In this document: piece by piece, positions 50,909 to 60,191 of the stretch
How the letters are laid out: each line of letters begins with the position of its first letter
How positions within the stretch are numbered: position 1 is the first letter of the stretch
Source: a virus
DNA length: 64,000 nt
Virus record (IMG/VR): IMGVR_UViG_3300045988_075875
Direction: 5' to 3' (one strand)
Notes under the pieces: generated by a model
The model's input: only the letters and a program-made list of their open reading frames with translations
What the model was told of the DNA's origin: nothing
Database searches by the model: none
Translations under genes and position numbers: made by a program

Positions 50909-51596
50909 GGCAGACGCCGGTTCCTTTTTCTTGATTCCCAATTTGTTTTCCCCCCTTATCTGGTATTCGCAGCAGCGTTTCCGCTGATTTCCCACGTCGC
51001 ATCCTTGCTCGGATCGTGCTGTCTGCTATTCCCGTTTCTTCCGCCCATTGGGCCACTGTCTTTTCTTCTCCATTCCATGTGATTCTTTTGTTCACACGGG
51101 TGTTGTTTAGCTGGGTTTTCATGGTCGCCCACCGGCAATTCTCCGGGCAATAGTTGCCGTTCACATCAATGCGGTCTATGGTGCATTCCCCTCTCGGTGC
51201 TGTTTCGTCATACCCGTTGGCAAGCGCCCAATCCCGGAACGCTTCAAAACTCTCAGCCCATTCTTTACAAACCGTGATGCCTCTGCCGCCGTAATGCCGA
51301 AAAGCGTTGCTTTTCTCGTTCCTACAACGCGATCTCATCCCAACCCAGACCCGGTAAAGATGTGTACGGCTTTCAAAGTGTTTTGTGTGATTTGGCGTAT
51401 GAGAAACCGATACCTCTAATCCATAGCAACCGCAGCTTTGGGTATGTCCGGTTCTTAGTGATTGTCCGCAAACCACGGTTTCCTTCCCGCAGTCGCAGAT
51501 ACAGCGCCATTGTGCTTGTGCTTTAGGGCTTTTTATCCGCTCAATCACTTGCAGACGCCCAAACCGTTGTCCGCTCAAGTCAATTAAACGTCCCAT
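50901..51596 (-). CDS. free-standing homing-endonuclease-like DNA-binding protein (AP2/HNH-associated type)
   Basis: ATG 51596; GQRFGRLQVI..CICDCG, LYRVWVGMRSRCRNEKSNAFRHYGGRGITVCKEW, C-terminal HTH-like WAEETGIADSTIRARM; AT-richer insert. Confidence 0.5.
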   Translation of the reverse strand: MGRLIDLSGQRFGRLQVIERIKSPKAQAQWRCICDCGKETVVCGQSLRTGHTQSCGCYGLEVSVSHTPNHTKHFESRTHLYRVWVGMRSRCRNEKSNAFRHYGGRGITVCKEWAESFEAFRDWALANGYDETAPRGECTIDRIDVNGNYCPENCRWATMKTQLNNTRVNKRITWNGEEKTVAQWAEETGIADSTIRARMRRGKSAETLLRIPDKGGKQIGNQEKGTGVCHG

Positions 51597-51694
51597 ATTC
51601 AATTACTCCCTTCGGTAATCCCCTTATTGATAAAACCGGGGAAGGCGGTAAGGGTGCCGCTTTTCGGGAGCTACCCTATCCCCTGTTTATCTAC

Positions 51695-52219
51695 TTATTC
51701 GAAAAACAGGTGTTCGATCCAGTTGTCATAGCTGGTTCCACTGGATTCCGTGGCGTCATACATCTGCCATGCGTAAAGCATGGTCTCGTAGCTTTTGCTG
51801 TTCTCCATCTGAAGGTTTTCAAATTCCCTTGCCAGAGGATACAGCCCAACTTTTTCGCTGGTTCCCACGCAGTCCCGCAAGGCGCCCTCAATGTCCTCCA
51901 ACAGCCGGATCACCTCTCCGAAAACGCCGTCCATGTCCTCCGGCCGCTCCCGGTATTCCGGGGTCTCCGGGTATTCCTGCATCAGGTGCCGCTGGTGGAG
52001 AATGTCTCCGATCACGTCAAACCGCTTGGGCTGTTCGTGGGCCAGACGATGAATGGCGTCCGCCGTGTGTACCAGTCCAAACTCTACCAGAACCCACTCC
52101 TTCAGCGTGTCCAGACCCCGTGCGGCGTTCTGGTATGCCGCCGTGGCCCGCCTCGCCGCGTCCCGCAGAGGGGAAAAGCGGGGGTCCTCGTAATTGTAAA
52201 TTTCCCTCAGCTTTGCCAT
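51695..52219 (-). CDS. hypothetical head-module protein
   Basis: Start at ATG 52219 (MAKLREIYNYED...). Confidence 0.5.
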   Translation of the reverse strand: MAKLREIYNYEDPRFSPLRDAARRATAAYQNAARGLDTLKEWVLVEFGLVHTADAIHRLAHEQPKRFDVIGDILHQRHLMQEYPETPEYRERPEDMDGVFGEVIRLLEDIEGALRDCVGTSEKVGLYPLAREFENLQMENSKSYETMLYAWQMYDATESSGTSYDNWIEHLFFE

Positions 52220-52340
52220 GTGGTTTCCTCCTCTCATGTTGAAAAAAAGCGCTGCCCACGCCGGTCATTCCGGCGTCAGCAACGCTTTGCTCCTCCCGCT
52301 CACCGCTTAGAGCGGGGTGCTCTGTTCACTTTTTCTTCGG

Positions 52341-54110
52341 CTATCCGCCGTAGGTGTCAATGTCCGCTTCCTGCCCCTCGCTGGTCACGGTGCCGTCCCC
52401 CTTGGGTCTCCCGCCGGGGTTCAGATCGTGGGCCGCCTGGGGCGGCAGTCCGCTTTCGGACTGCTTGGCATTGTAGCTGGTCACCAGCGGTAGCCGCTTA
52501 TCCATGATGCCGCTTGCCTTGATGGCGTTGGAAATGCTCAGATCGTCCAGCAGAGAAAGATCGTTCATCGCCATGTAGATGATGGTCTGGGGCAGGATTC
52601 CGAGGGTCATGCCCTGCTTGGCCTCCTCCATCCGCTTTTCCTCTGTGGAGAGGGTCCCAAAGAGCGAGAACCGCCACGAATATTTCAGATTCAGCTTGTC
52701 CATAATGGCCGCCATCATCCGTTCGTAGCCCCGGTATACGCACTCCGCGAATTTCCCTTCGATCTGCAGGGAGATTTGAGCGATGCCTGCCTTGGGGTCC
52801 TCCGTGGTGGGTACAATGGCGGACAGCCCTGCCTTGTTCATGGCGTAGCTGTACCCGGCTGCGGAAATCTTGGTTGCGCTGGGTGCTTCTGCCAGCTGGT
52901 GCATTTTGATGTTTTCCACAGGGGCCGTGAACCAGCCGATCCCGCTGGTGTTGCTCTCTTGTAGCATCTGATACCACAGGTACTCAAACAGCCGTCGTCC
53001 CGCATCGGAAAGCCGGTAATCGTCCTCTGTGCTTGTAATTTCGGGCTTATCCTTGTAGGGGATCTCGCCGGTAAACAGGGCGATCAGGGGGTTCTGCACC
53101 AGTTCCAGCTGGATCTGCTCGTACTGGGCCATCTGCACCAGAGAGAGATACAGCCCCGCCAGCGGGGAAATGGCGTTCCGGGATACATCGTCTGCCTCAA
53201 AGGTGAAAATCTTGTCCACCGGCAGCGTCACCCAGTAGAACCACCGCCCGTTCTGGGAGTATACCTCCGGGTCTCCCGCCAAGCGACCTCCGGTCTGCTT
53301 CCTCCGCTGTTCCAGCACGTTCAGGTCTACCCGGCCCCGCGCCGCGAAGATCACCCGCTTCCCCGTGCCCTCCGGTGCCCGCTCCGCCGATGCGTAGAAG
53401 TCATCCAGATAGGGCAGCAGCAGGTCTCCGAACTGCAACGGGTCCGTCCCCGGCTGCATAAAGTACATCAGGTTCATCGCCACCGTGTATTTGGAAATGT
53501 TGTTGAACCCCACGATCTTTACCCAGTCGCTGGGGAGCTGCTGTAAAAAAGCGTGGTTTACCTTGTTGTGGGGTTTGTCCACGCTGACCCGGGGATAGTA
53601 GAAAACCTTTCCCTCCTGCAATACCTGCCCCGCGATCTCATGGGCCGTGGCCTTGGGATCCAGCGTTTTCCGCAGCTTGTCCAAAAGCTGCCATTCCCGC
53701 AGAAAGTCCTTCCGCTTCGCTTCTTCCTCTGTGGCGTACTCCGGGGCAATGTAGCTGTGGTAGGTGAGCATTTCCGTGTACACCTTCCGGGTGTGAAACA
53801 GGGGATACGCCGTCCATTCCAGCGCGTGGGCCACCTGCCGTAGGCCCTGTTCGTTGCCGTCCGGGGCGGTGAGCATCTCCGCCACCTTGTCCTTGCTGTA
53901 ATTCACCGGCAAGGAGGAAATGGCCTTTACCCGGCGGTTCTGAATGTAGGGGTTATTCCGGGTGTAGGTGCTGCTGGCCGCCCGCATAAACGCGCCGCTT
54001 ACGGTGTCCATGGGCAGGTCGCCATACTGTGCCGCCAGTTCCCGTAGCCTTCCGAATATCTTCGGGTACGAGGCGAATTGCACCGACCTCAATTCAGTTT
54101 GCAGGTCCAT
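52341..54110 (-). CDS. portal protein candidate
   Basis: 589 aa, GGGAGG RBS, second gene downstream of the large terminase. Confidence 0.6.
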   Translation of the reverse strand: MDLQTELRSVQFASYPKIFGRLRELAAQYGDLPMDTVSGAFMRAASSTYTRNNPYIQNRRVKAISSLPVNYSKDKVAEMLTAPDGNEQGLRQVAHALEWTAYPLFHTRKVYTEMLTYHSYIAPEYATEEEAKRKDFLREWQLLDKLRKTLDPKATAHEIAGQVLQEGKVFYYPRVSVDKPHNKVNHAFLQQLPSDWVKIVGFNNISKYTVAMNLMYFMQPGTDPLQFGDLLLPYLDDFYASAERAPEGTGKRVIFAARGRVDLNVLEQRRKQTGGRLAGDPEVYSQNGRWFYWVTLPVDKIFTFEADDVSRNAISPLAGLYLSLVQMAQYEQIQLELVQNPLIALFTGEIPYKDKPEITSTEDDYRLSDAGRRLFEYLWYQMLQESNTSGIGWFTAPVENIKMHQLAEAPSATKISAAGYSYAMNKAGLSAIVPTTEDPKAGIAQISLQIEGKFAECVYRGYERMMAAIMDKLNLKYSWRFSLFGTLSTEEKRMEEAKQGMTLGILPQTIIYMAMNDLSLLDDLSISNAIKASGIMDKRLPLVTSYNAKQSESGLPPQAAHDLNPGGRPKGDGTVTSEGQEADIDTYGG

Positions 54111-54462
54111 GCTCCCCGCCTCCCTTCATGCGTTCCCGCTCCTTCTGCAATTCCCATTCCAGCCGGTCCAGAGTGCTGACCCATTGCTTCTCCGCTGCTT
54201 CCGCCGTTACGCCCGCTTGGGCCGCCGCTTCTGCCAGGATCATGGTGTTGCAGTCCGCCAGCCACAGGCGGTCCCCGTCTGTCAGCCGGTCCAGGTCTGC
54301 CCCGGTCACCTCCACTGCGCCCTCCAGCTTTTTCCGTCCGGTGAGATACAGCAGAATGTATCCTGCGCAGATCCGGTAAAACCGGGTGTCATACGCGATC
54401 TCTTCCGTTTTCCGGGTCCGCCCCATGGCGTACAGCCGGTATTGTTTCTTCCGTTGAGCCAT
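54094..54462 (-). CDS. hypothetical protein
   Basis: ATG 54462 after GGAGG. Confidence 0.5.
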   Translation of the reverse strand: MAQRKKQYRLYAMGRTRKTEEIAYDTRFYRICAGYILLYLTGRKKLEGAVEVTGADLDRLTDGDRLWLADCNTMILAEAAAQAGVTAEAAEKQWVSTLDRLEWELQKERERMKGGGEHGPAN

Positions 54463-54464
54463 TG

Positions 54465-56318
54465 TCAAAACCTCCGGCCTCCCCGCCGCGCCGTCACCAG
54501 CCGTCCGCTGCTTCCGGTGCTGATAGGCGGAGCCACTTTGTTTTCCTTGAACCGATCCAGCGCCGACGCCCAGTCGCTCTTGTTTTTCCCGTGGATCTCC
54601 GTCAGCAGTTCCTCCCGCTCGATCAGCTGGGCCAGCCGCAGGGCATATTTCGTGGCGGACCAGCTATCGCGCTGGATGGCCTTGGAAATGCGCTTCTCGC
54701 TCATTCCCGCCCCGCTGGGCACCAGCTTCAGGTTCTGTATCTGGCCGGACAGTTCCCGGCACTTCTGGTAGGGCTGTGCAAACTGGTAGTCCCGGTCATC
54801 GTCCCGGATGCGGTGGGCGCGCTTATACGCCTCCACGCCTTCGTTGGCGTTCAGCGTCAGAAGTTCAACGTTGTGGTGCTCAAACTCCGTCTGCGCGTAT
54901 TTCAGCATTTCAAAGTCCGGGTCCGTCACGCCGGTGCCGCCTGCCTTGATGGGGTAGATCACCGGGATGGCCCCCGGCAGCTCCGCCGCCGCATAGGCCG
55001 CGTGGTTCTTTACGCACAGGGGCGGCAAGCCGTCTCCCAAGTCGGTCATCAAGTCCTCTAAAACGCCCCGGCCATACTGCCAAGAGTCAATGGCGATGTA
55101 GGTCTGGCTCCCGTCATAGCAGAACCGGTTCCAGATCGCTTTCAGCCGCCGTGCCTGCGCCTTGCTCTGGTCCGGCGGGGGCCAATCGTCAATGTAAACC
55201 ATCTGCTTCAAAAAGCGGTCCCGTTTCAGGTATTCCCGCTGCCGTGTCAGCTTCAGCACCACGCAGGCGCATTTGGCGTTCTTTGCCGAATCCTCGTAGG
55301 AAACGTCATAGCCCACAATGTAAATAACTTCCTCCGGGTCCAGCTTGGGGTGCGGGTCCTTGCAGCAGTGCTCCGTCTCCATCACCAGCACCCGCTGGGA
55401 ATCCGTCAGCACCTCGTCGGAAAGCACGGGGAACTCGTCCGCGCCGGTGTACCGGCTCTCCATTTCCCGCATCCACTTTTCCGCCGACAGTTTTTTCCGC
55501 TGTTTCAGTACCCATGAGTATGGGCGGATCTGCTGAAGTATAACGCATTCCCAAGAAATATCCATAGCAAACGCGCTCTCACCGGCAGTCATGGACTTCA
55601 TCGCGTCGCATCGAGCCTGAAACGCCGGATTCTGCTTGCGTCCAGCACTGGTGATGGAGTGATCCTTGTACGCGACAAAATTGGGGTCGGCTTCTCCGCT
55701 GATGTTGTGCAACAAACGCACCGCCGGCATTACAATTGTCCCGTATGCCTCGTGGTCAAAGGGTTCTCCATCCTCTTGGGCAAATTCCTCCGCCGTAACC
55801 GCGTGTATGTTGTCACCGCGCATGGCAGAGATATAAAAGGCGCTTCCGCAGTCCGTCTCGATCTTGAAATCGTCCTTGCTCTCCGCCGTGACCCTCCAAT
55901 GCGCTGCCAGCGTCGGAAAGTCTTTTTCGATTTGGCGAAACGTTTTGCTGCCGATGCTGGCCATCTGCCTGTAGCTTGGACCAAAATATGCAACCTGTGT
56001 GGCCGGCCATACAACACCGTTCACCATCTCGTATTTCATCTTGGAATAGGTTTTTGTAATGCCTCTGGTTCCCGTAAAGGCCACGCTGGATTTTCTTGCG
56101 TACACCCGCTCCATAACCCTTTGCAAAATCTCGTCTCGCGCGTAGTCCGCGTTCTCCCCACGGCAAATATCTAACAACTTGTCCGGGAACCACCGAAATG
56201 TCCAGATCAGAAAGGCCCACCAGGCATCCTCATAGTTCGTGTAGTCCCGCTCCGCTGTTGGCTTCACGCTGACCCAGCCCTGTGAACTTGTCCATGCCTT
56301 TCCAGCCCGCCGTGCCAT
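54465..56318 (-). CDS. terL: terminase large subunit
   Basis: 617 aa; Walker-A-like FTGTRGITKT; size and position upstream of portal; AAGGAGG RBS. Confidence 0.75.
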   Translation of the reverse strand: MARRAGKAWTSSQGWVSVKPTAERDYTNYEDAWWAFLIWTFRWFPDKLLDICRGENADYARDEILQRVMERVYARKSSVAFTGTRGITKTYSKMKYEMVNGVVWPATQVAYFGPSYRQMASIGSKTFRQIEKDFPTLAAHWRVTAESKDDFKIETDCGSAFYISAMRGDNIHAVTAEEFAQEDGEPFDHEAYGTIVMPAVRLLHNISGEADPNFVAYKDHSITSAGRKQNPAFQARCDAMKSMTAGESAFAMDISWECVILQQIRPYSWVLKQRKKLSAEKWMREMESRYTGADEFPVLSDEVLTDSQRVLVMETEHCCKDPHPKLDPEEVIYIVGYDVSYEDSAKNAKCACVVLKLTRQREYLKRDRFLKQMVYIDDWPPPDQSKAQARRLKAIWNRFCYDGSQTYIAIDSWQYGRGVLEDLMTDLGDGLPPLCVKNHAAYAAAELPGAIPVIYPIKAGGTGVTDPDFEMLKYAQTEFEHHNVELLTLNANEGVEAYKRAHRIRDDDRDYQFAQPYQKCRELSGQIQNLKLVPSGAGMSEKRISKAIQRDSWSATKYALRLAQLIEREELLTEIHGKNKSDWASALDRFKENKVAPPISTGSSGRLVTARRGGRRF

Positions 56319-56327
56319 GGCTCCTCC

Positions 56328-57293
56328 TTACCGCTTTTTCTTCGCCGGAGGCATCTTCACCAGTCCGAGCTGCTGGTATGCCTCCTTTTCTTGCTCGTTG
56401 GGTTCCTCCGCAAACTCGCCCAAATCGTCCCGCAGCCGCATCTCCGGCGGCAGGGTGGTCAGCTCAGGCCGCCCCTCATTCTGCCGCATCCGGTTTTCGT
56501 TAATTAAAATCATTTGCTCCGCCGCGTCCATGGTGTAGGGGTATTTGCAGGATCGCCCAAACAAAATGCGGAACATTTCGTCCGGGTCGCATTGCTTCCC
56601 ATTTTTCAAAAGCCCCTTCTTTTCCAGTGCTTCCACCAGACTGTCGATCCGCAGATCGTCAATCGGCTTCGCGTCCTTTTTCCGCAGCCCTTCGCTGGAC
56701 AGGTTATCCTGAACCATCTTGTTCAGCTTGGCCGCCTTGTCATATTGGCCGATGGCCCGCATCTTATCCCGGTCCAGCGTCATTTTCGCGCAATCCCGCA
56801 GAATGAACTCCTGTTTCACGCTTACGCCGCCCGCCGCCATCAGGTCGCTGGCCAGCGCCTCGTAAATACGGTCCAGTTCGTCATAGTCCTCGGAGGTGTA
56901 GGGGTTCTTCGCAGAGTTCTCGCCCCAGTTCTTCCTCTGCTGTGCCGTCCCCACTTTCCGGTTCCGGGCGGATTTCTCATTGCCCACCGCTTTGGTAAAT
57001 TCCCCGGCGGACAGTCCCTCGCCAAAAATCTTGGTAATGTCCGTCAGCCCGTCCAGAAACCCAAGGGGTTCCCCCCGCCGCGTGTCCAGCTTTTTCAGCC
57101 GCAGGTTGTCCAGATAGGCGATCCACTTCTCGCCTACGTCCGGCTCTTTTGGCACCGCCAGCATATCGAAGGGCCGGTCAAATTCAATGCAGCAGTAAAA
57201 AAGGGCAAGGCTGTCGCTTGTGGCACGGGCAATGGCGTCATAGCGTTCCTGCTGTGCAGTCAGTTCCGCCGTATCCATCGGTTCCAGTTCCAT
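56328..57293 (-). CDS. terminase small subunit candidate (by position)
   Basis: 321 aa, GGAGG RBS, first gene of late operon, directly upstream of terL. Confidence 0.4.
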   Translation of the reverse strand: MELEPMDTAELTAQQERYDAIARATSDSLALFYCCIEFDRPFDMLAVPKEPDVGEKWIAYLDNLRLKKLDTRRGEPLGFLDGLTDITKIFGEGLSAGEFTKAVGNEKSARNRKVGTAQQRKNWGENSAKNPYTSEDYDELDRIYEALASDLMAAGGVSVKQEFILRDCAKMTLDRDKMRAIGQYDKAAKLNKMVQDNLSSEGLRKKDAKPIDDLRIDSLVEALEKKGLLKNGKQCDPDEMFRILFGRSCKYPYTMDAAEQMILINENRMRQNEGRPELTTLPPEMRLRDDLGEFAEEPNEQEKEAYQQLGLVKMPPAKKKR

Positions 57294-57310
57294 TTGCGGC
57301 CTCCTTACCT

Positions 57311-57353
57311 CAAAAAACAGAGAGTGAAAAGAATTTATTTCTTCTCACTCTCT
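57311..57353 (-). terminator. strong intrinsic terminator 17 nt upstream of the first late gene
   Basis: Minus strand: AGAGAGTGAGAAGAA-ataaa-TTCTTTTCACTCTCT then GTTTTTTG (~14-bp stem, one mismatch). Confidence 0.7.
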
Positions 57354-57410
57354 ATTATTTCACAAGGTTTTCTTAATTTGGTAAACTTTAGTAGCCACTT
57401 GAAAATTTTT

Positions 57411-57644
57411 TTATTCCGGCTCCAAGCCAAGGATGTAATCCACACTCACGCCGTAAAAATCCGCCAGCGTGATCAGGGCCGTGGCCTTCGGTTCCTTCAT
57501 GCCGCTTTCGTAAAAGCCTACCATACCGTGGCTCATACCGCAGTATTCGGATACCCGGCGGCTGCTCACGCCTCTGGCCCGCCGCAATTCCCGCAGCCGT
57601 ACCGCGTAGACCGGCAGTTCCCTGCGGTCCTCAGTCCTCTCCAT
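57411..57644 (-). CDS. XRE-family HTH regulator (last early gene before late operon)
   Basis: 77 aa; LRELRRARGVSSRRVSEYCGMSHGMVGFYESG...LADFYGVSVDYILGLE. Confidence 0.75.
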   Translation of the reverse strand: MERTEDRRELPVYAVRLRELRRARGVSSRRVSEYCGMSHGMVGFYESGMKEPKATALITLADFYGVSVDYILGLEPE

Positions 57645-57840
57645 CGTCCCCCTCCCCTTCCAGCAATTCGCAAAGCCGTTTCAGGCGCCGTTTGATGCTT
57701 TCCATCTTCCAAAGCAAAGAAAACAGCGCCAGCAGTGTGCAGGCGTATACCGTCATGGCAATATTTCCGCTGTTTGCCTCATAGACCGCAAAGCCCACCA
57801 CTACAAGCAGGATCACAAAATTTACAAGCGTCTCTGCCAT
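57631..57840 (-). CDS. small membrane protein
   Basis: 69 aa, two hydrophobic helices, acidic tail. Confidence 0.5.
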   Translation of the reverse strand: MAETLVNFVILLVVVGFAVYEANSGNIAMTVYACTLLALFSLLWKMESIKRRLKRLCELLEGEGDDGED

Positions 57841-57857
57841 GTCCTCCGCTCCCTTTC

Positions 57858-58067
57858 TCAGACTGCCCGGACCTCTTCGGGCAAAAAGTTTTCCGTCACG
57901 TCCCCGCCCTTAGTGTGGGTGGTCACGGCGATAAACCGTCCGCGAGGATGAATCCATGCAACCCATCCCCGCCGAATCGGGCACAGTTCCACGCTTGACC
58001 GCTCACTTCTCGCCCGCTCCACCGGCAGCGTCTTGAACTTCGCTTCTACCGCCTGTCCGATCTTCAT
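57858..58067 (-). CDS. hypothetical protein
   Basis: 69 aa, GGAGG RBS. Confidence 0.5.
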   Translation of the reverse strand: MKIGQAVEAKFKTLPVERARSERSSVELCPIRRGWVAWIHPRGRFIAVTTHTKGGDVTENFLPEEVRAV

Positions 58068-58408
58068 TTCCGTCCTCCATACGTCACTTTTTTTAAATCT
58101 TTGTACCGCTCAGCGTGCGGAATCAGCTCCGCCTTATCCCGGATGATCTCTTTCAGCACCCGGTCCATGTGCTCCTGACACACGTCCGCCGCCGGATTCT
58201 TGTAGTCCAGCGCCGGTCTGTATTCTTTTCTCACCTCTGCCCATGCTTCGGTGAGCCTCATAATGCGGTCATAACCCCAGCCCTCCGACTGGTGGATCGC
58301 GATTTGCAATGTATCAATGTCGAATTGCGAGGTTATAACCATCGTTGCCTGAAGCAGCCGGTTGGTCTCGTTCTCCCACCGTTGCAAGTATCCAGATTGT
58401 TTGGCCAT
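58064..58408 (-). CDS. hypothetical protein
   Basis: 114 aa, ATGA coupling. Confidence 0.55.
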   Translation of the reverse strand: MAKQSGYLQRWENETNRLLQATMVITSQFDIDTLQIAIHQSEGWGYDRIMRLTEAWAEVRKEYRPALDYKNPAADVCQEHMDRVLKEIIRDKAELIPHAERYKDLKKVTYGGRK

Positions 58409-58409
58409 C

Positions 58410-58553
58410 TTACTTCCCCCTTAACAAGTGCAGTTTCAGCCACAGTGGAATGTCGGCGGTTAAAATGCTTTTGAAATAAAACACGATAAGCGCAATGCCA
58501 GCGGCTATAACCAACGTCCAAAAGGCTATAATCAGCCAGTCTTTCAACTTCAT
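58410..58553 (-). CDS. small membrane protein (47 aa)
   Basis: Hand-found MKLKDWLIIAFWTLVIAAGIALIVFYFKSILTADIPLWLKLHLLRGK; ATGA coupling. Confidence 0.4.
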   Translation of the reverse strand: MKLKDWLIIAFWTLVIAAGIALIVFYFKSILTADIPLWLKLHLLRGK

Positions 58554-58810
58554 TCAGCACCTCCGTCCTTTCTCTTGCCGTCGCTGCAATAATCGTCCGG
58601 ATGTTCACGGTCGAGATGGACTTCACACCATCCCGTTTTCGGTTTGTTGTATGACCGACAATCCTTGCACCGCGTCACGATCACAGCATCCACGGTGGGG
58701 GCTTTTTCGATCAAGCCAAGTAAGCCGTTCCAACCAGCGCAATACGCCGCAGGGAGAACATCTTTGCTGCACCGCCCCACGCCCAAATCATCAACATCAA
58801 CCAGCTTCAT
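58550..58810 (-). CDS. hypothetical Cys-rich protein
   Basis: ATG 58810 after GGAGG (MKLVDVDDLG...). Confidence 0.55.
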   Translation of the reverse strand: MKLVDVDDLGVGRCSKDVLPAAYCAGWNGLLGLIEKAPTVDAVIVTRCKDCRSYNKPKTGWCEVHLDREHPDDYCSDGKRKDGGAE

Positions 58811-58871
58811 GGTCAGCACCTCCGTCCATTATCGCCCCGCAGTTGGGGCAAAAGTTCTTGTCTCCTTGTGT

Positions 58872-59081
58872 TTACAGTTTGTGTCCATACGGGTTTTCAT
58901 CTCCGCTCATCATTGCCAGCATCTCTCGTACTTTCGGCGGAAAAATCAGTTCTTCCATACGTGCCGCCATGATCTGCCGCACAGCCTTTTTCCCCAATGG
59001 CGGTTTCTTCGGTGGTATTTCTCCCCGTCTTGCCGCTTGTGCAACAGGGTTATTCTTTGCTGCCCATCCCATGCTCAACAT
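58872..59081 (-). CDS. hypothetical basic protein (start uncertain)
   Basis: 69 aa ORF overlapping upstream gene by ~30 nt. Confidence 0.35.
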   Translation of the reverse strand: MLSMGWAAKNNPVAQAARRGEIPPKKPPLGKKAVRQIMAARMEELIFPPKVREMLAMMSGDENPYGHKL

Positions 59082-59340
59082 CTCCTTCCGTGCTTTCGCC
59101 GTTCATATTGGCCCTCTCAATCTCAAGCGCACGTTCACGAAGGTCTCCGAATCCGTACTCATCCTGCCAGCCCAGCTCCGCAGAGGCTTTTTGGCAACTC
59201 TCACATAGATAACACGTCCACGGAGTTCCATCAAAAACACAACTGCGTTCCATCATAGTCCCTCGGTAAAATTTTCGCCCACACCCAAAGCAAACATGGT
59301 CAACCCTCGTTTTTACAACTTTTCTTCCGGCAACATCCAT
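59050..59340 (-). CDS. hypothetical zinc-binding protein
   Basis: ATG 59340 after GGAGG; CFGCGRKF...CYLCESC. Confidence 0.55.
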   Translation of the reverse strand: MDVAGRKVVKTRVDHVCFGCGRKFYRGTMMERSCVFDGTPWTCYLCESCQKASAELGWQDEYGFGDLRERALEIERANMNGESTEGDVEHGMGSKE

Positions 59341-59344
59341 GTGT

Positions 59345-59605
59345 TCATCCTCCGTCATGCACCGTTGTGTACTTCCAAATCAACGTGTTCAACTTTCTCA
59401 GCCCCTCCATGGTGATTAGGCCCTGCTCGCAGAGTTCGTCCCGCAGGCGCTCCAGCGCTTCGATTGGGGCCACGTCTGCGGCAGGTAATTGTTCAATAAT
59501 GGCATATACCCCGTCTGCAAATACTCTTTCGATAAAGCTGTTTTCGCCCAACTTCAGCCGCTTAAATTCGGCTTTCAGCGCTTCCCGCTTGATGTATTCA
59601 GTCAT
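59345..59605 (-). CDS. hypothetical protein
   Basis: 86 aa, GAGGAGA RBS. Confidence 0.55.
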   Translation of the reverse strand: MTEYIKREALKAEFKRLKLGENSFIERVFADGVYAIIEQLPAADVAPIEALERLRDELCEQGLITMEGLRKLNTLIWKYTTVHDGG

Positions 59606-60189
59606 TATTTATTCTCCTCTTTTATTGCTGTGCCAACTTCATTGCCCCAGCAATCCCATCCGACGGCCTCTTGACGTGCGAATAGTTCAATGCGATGGAA
59701 ATGATGATACATACTATCTATACGATTTCGTATTTCTGCGGGTTTTTCTGAGTGACGTCCAACCCTTTCGCTCAAAAACTGCTTAATATTTGTTACAGTA
59801 CGTTTGGGGATTGTCCCTTTTTTAAATGCCAAGCAAAGCTCACATTGGCTCAATGTATAAAATCCATAGTTTGTTCTTTGCTTGTCCCATACAAAAGCAA
59901 CTGTTTTATATTCAAAGCCCCATGCCTTGCCTAACTCTATTGCAACATCTAAGTTTGGACTGGTTGCCCACATATATAGCAAGCAACTGTCATCAGCGAT
60001 TTTGTTCACTGGTAATGCTTTTAATTCACTTATAGACATCGCAGGATAATGCTCTGTAACATCGTTTTCGTATTTTTTATTTTCGTCATAATGTTGAAAG
60101 TTCATTTGCTTTTGTCTATACGCCCAAGGGGGATCGGCATAGATAATACGGTATTTCTTATCAGTGTTATAAATGTTTATAAATGCCAT
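59605..60189 (-). CDS. MT-A70 family N6-adenine DNA methyltransferase
   Basis: 194 aa; IIYADPPWAY (DPPW motif), SEKPAEIRNRI; AT-rich. Confidence 0.85.
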   Translation of the reverse strand: MAFINIYNTDKKYRIIYADPPWAYRQKQMNFQHYDENKKYENDVTEHYPAMSISELKALPVNKIADDSCLLYMWATSPNLDVAIELGKAWGFEYKTVAFVWDKQRTNYGFYTLSQCELCLAFKKGTIPKRTVTNIKQFLSERVGRHSEKPAEIRNRIDSMYHHFHRIELFARQEAVGWDCWGNEVGTAIKEENK

Positions 60190-60191
60190 TG

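Noticed and set aside
46965-51082. Two very long plus-strand ORFs (46965..49154, 729 aa; 48905..51082, 725 aa)
   Set aside because: They are antisense to well-supported capsid-module genes that have RBSs and coupled starts. The translations are G/H/A/V/R/P-rich low-complexity sequence typical of GC-rich shadow frames, and no RBS is present.
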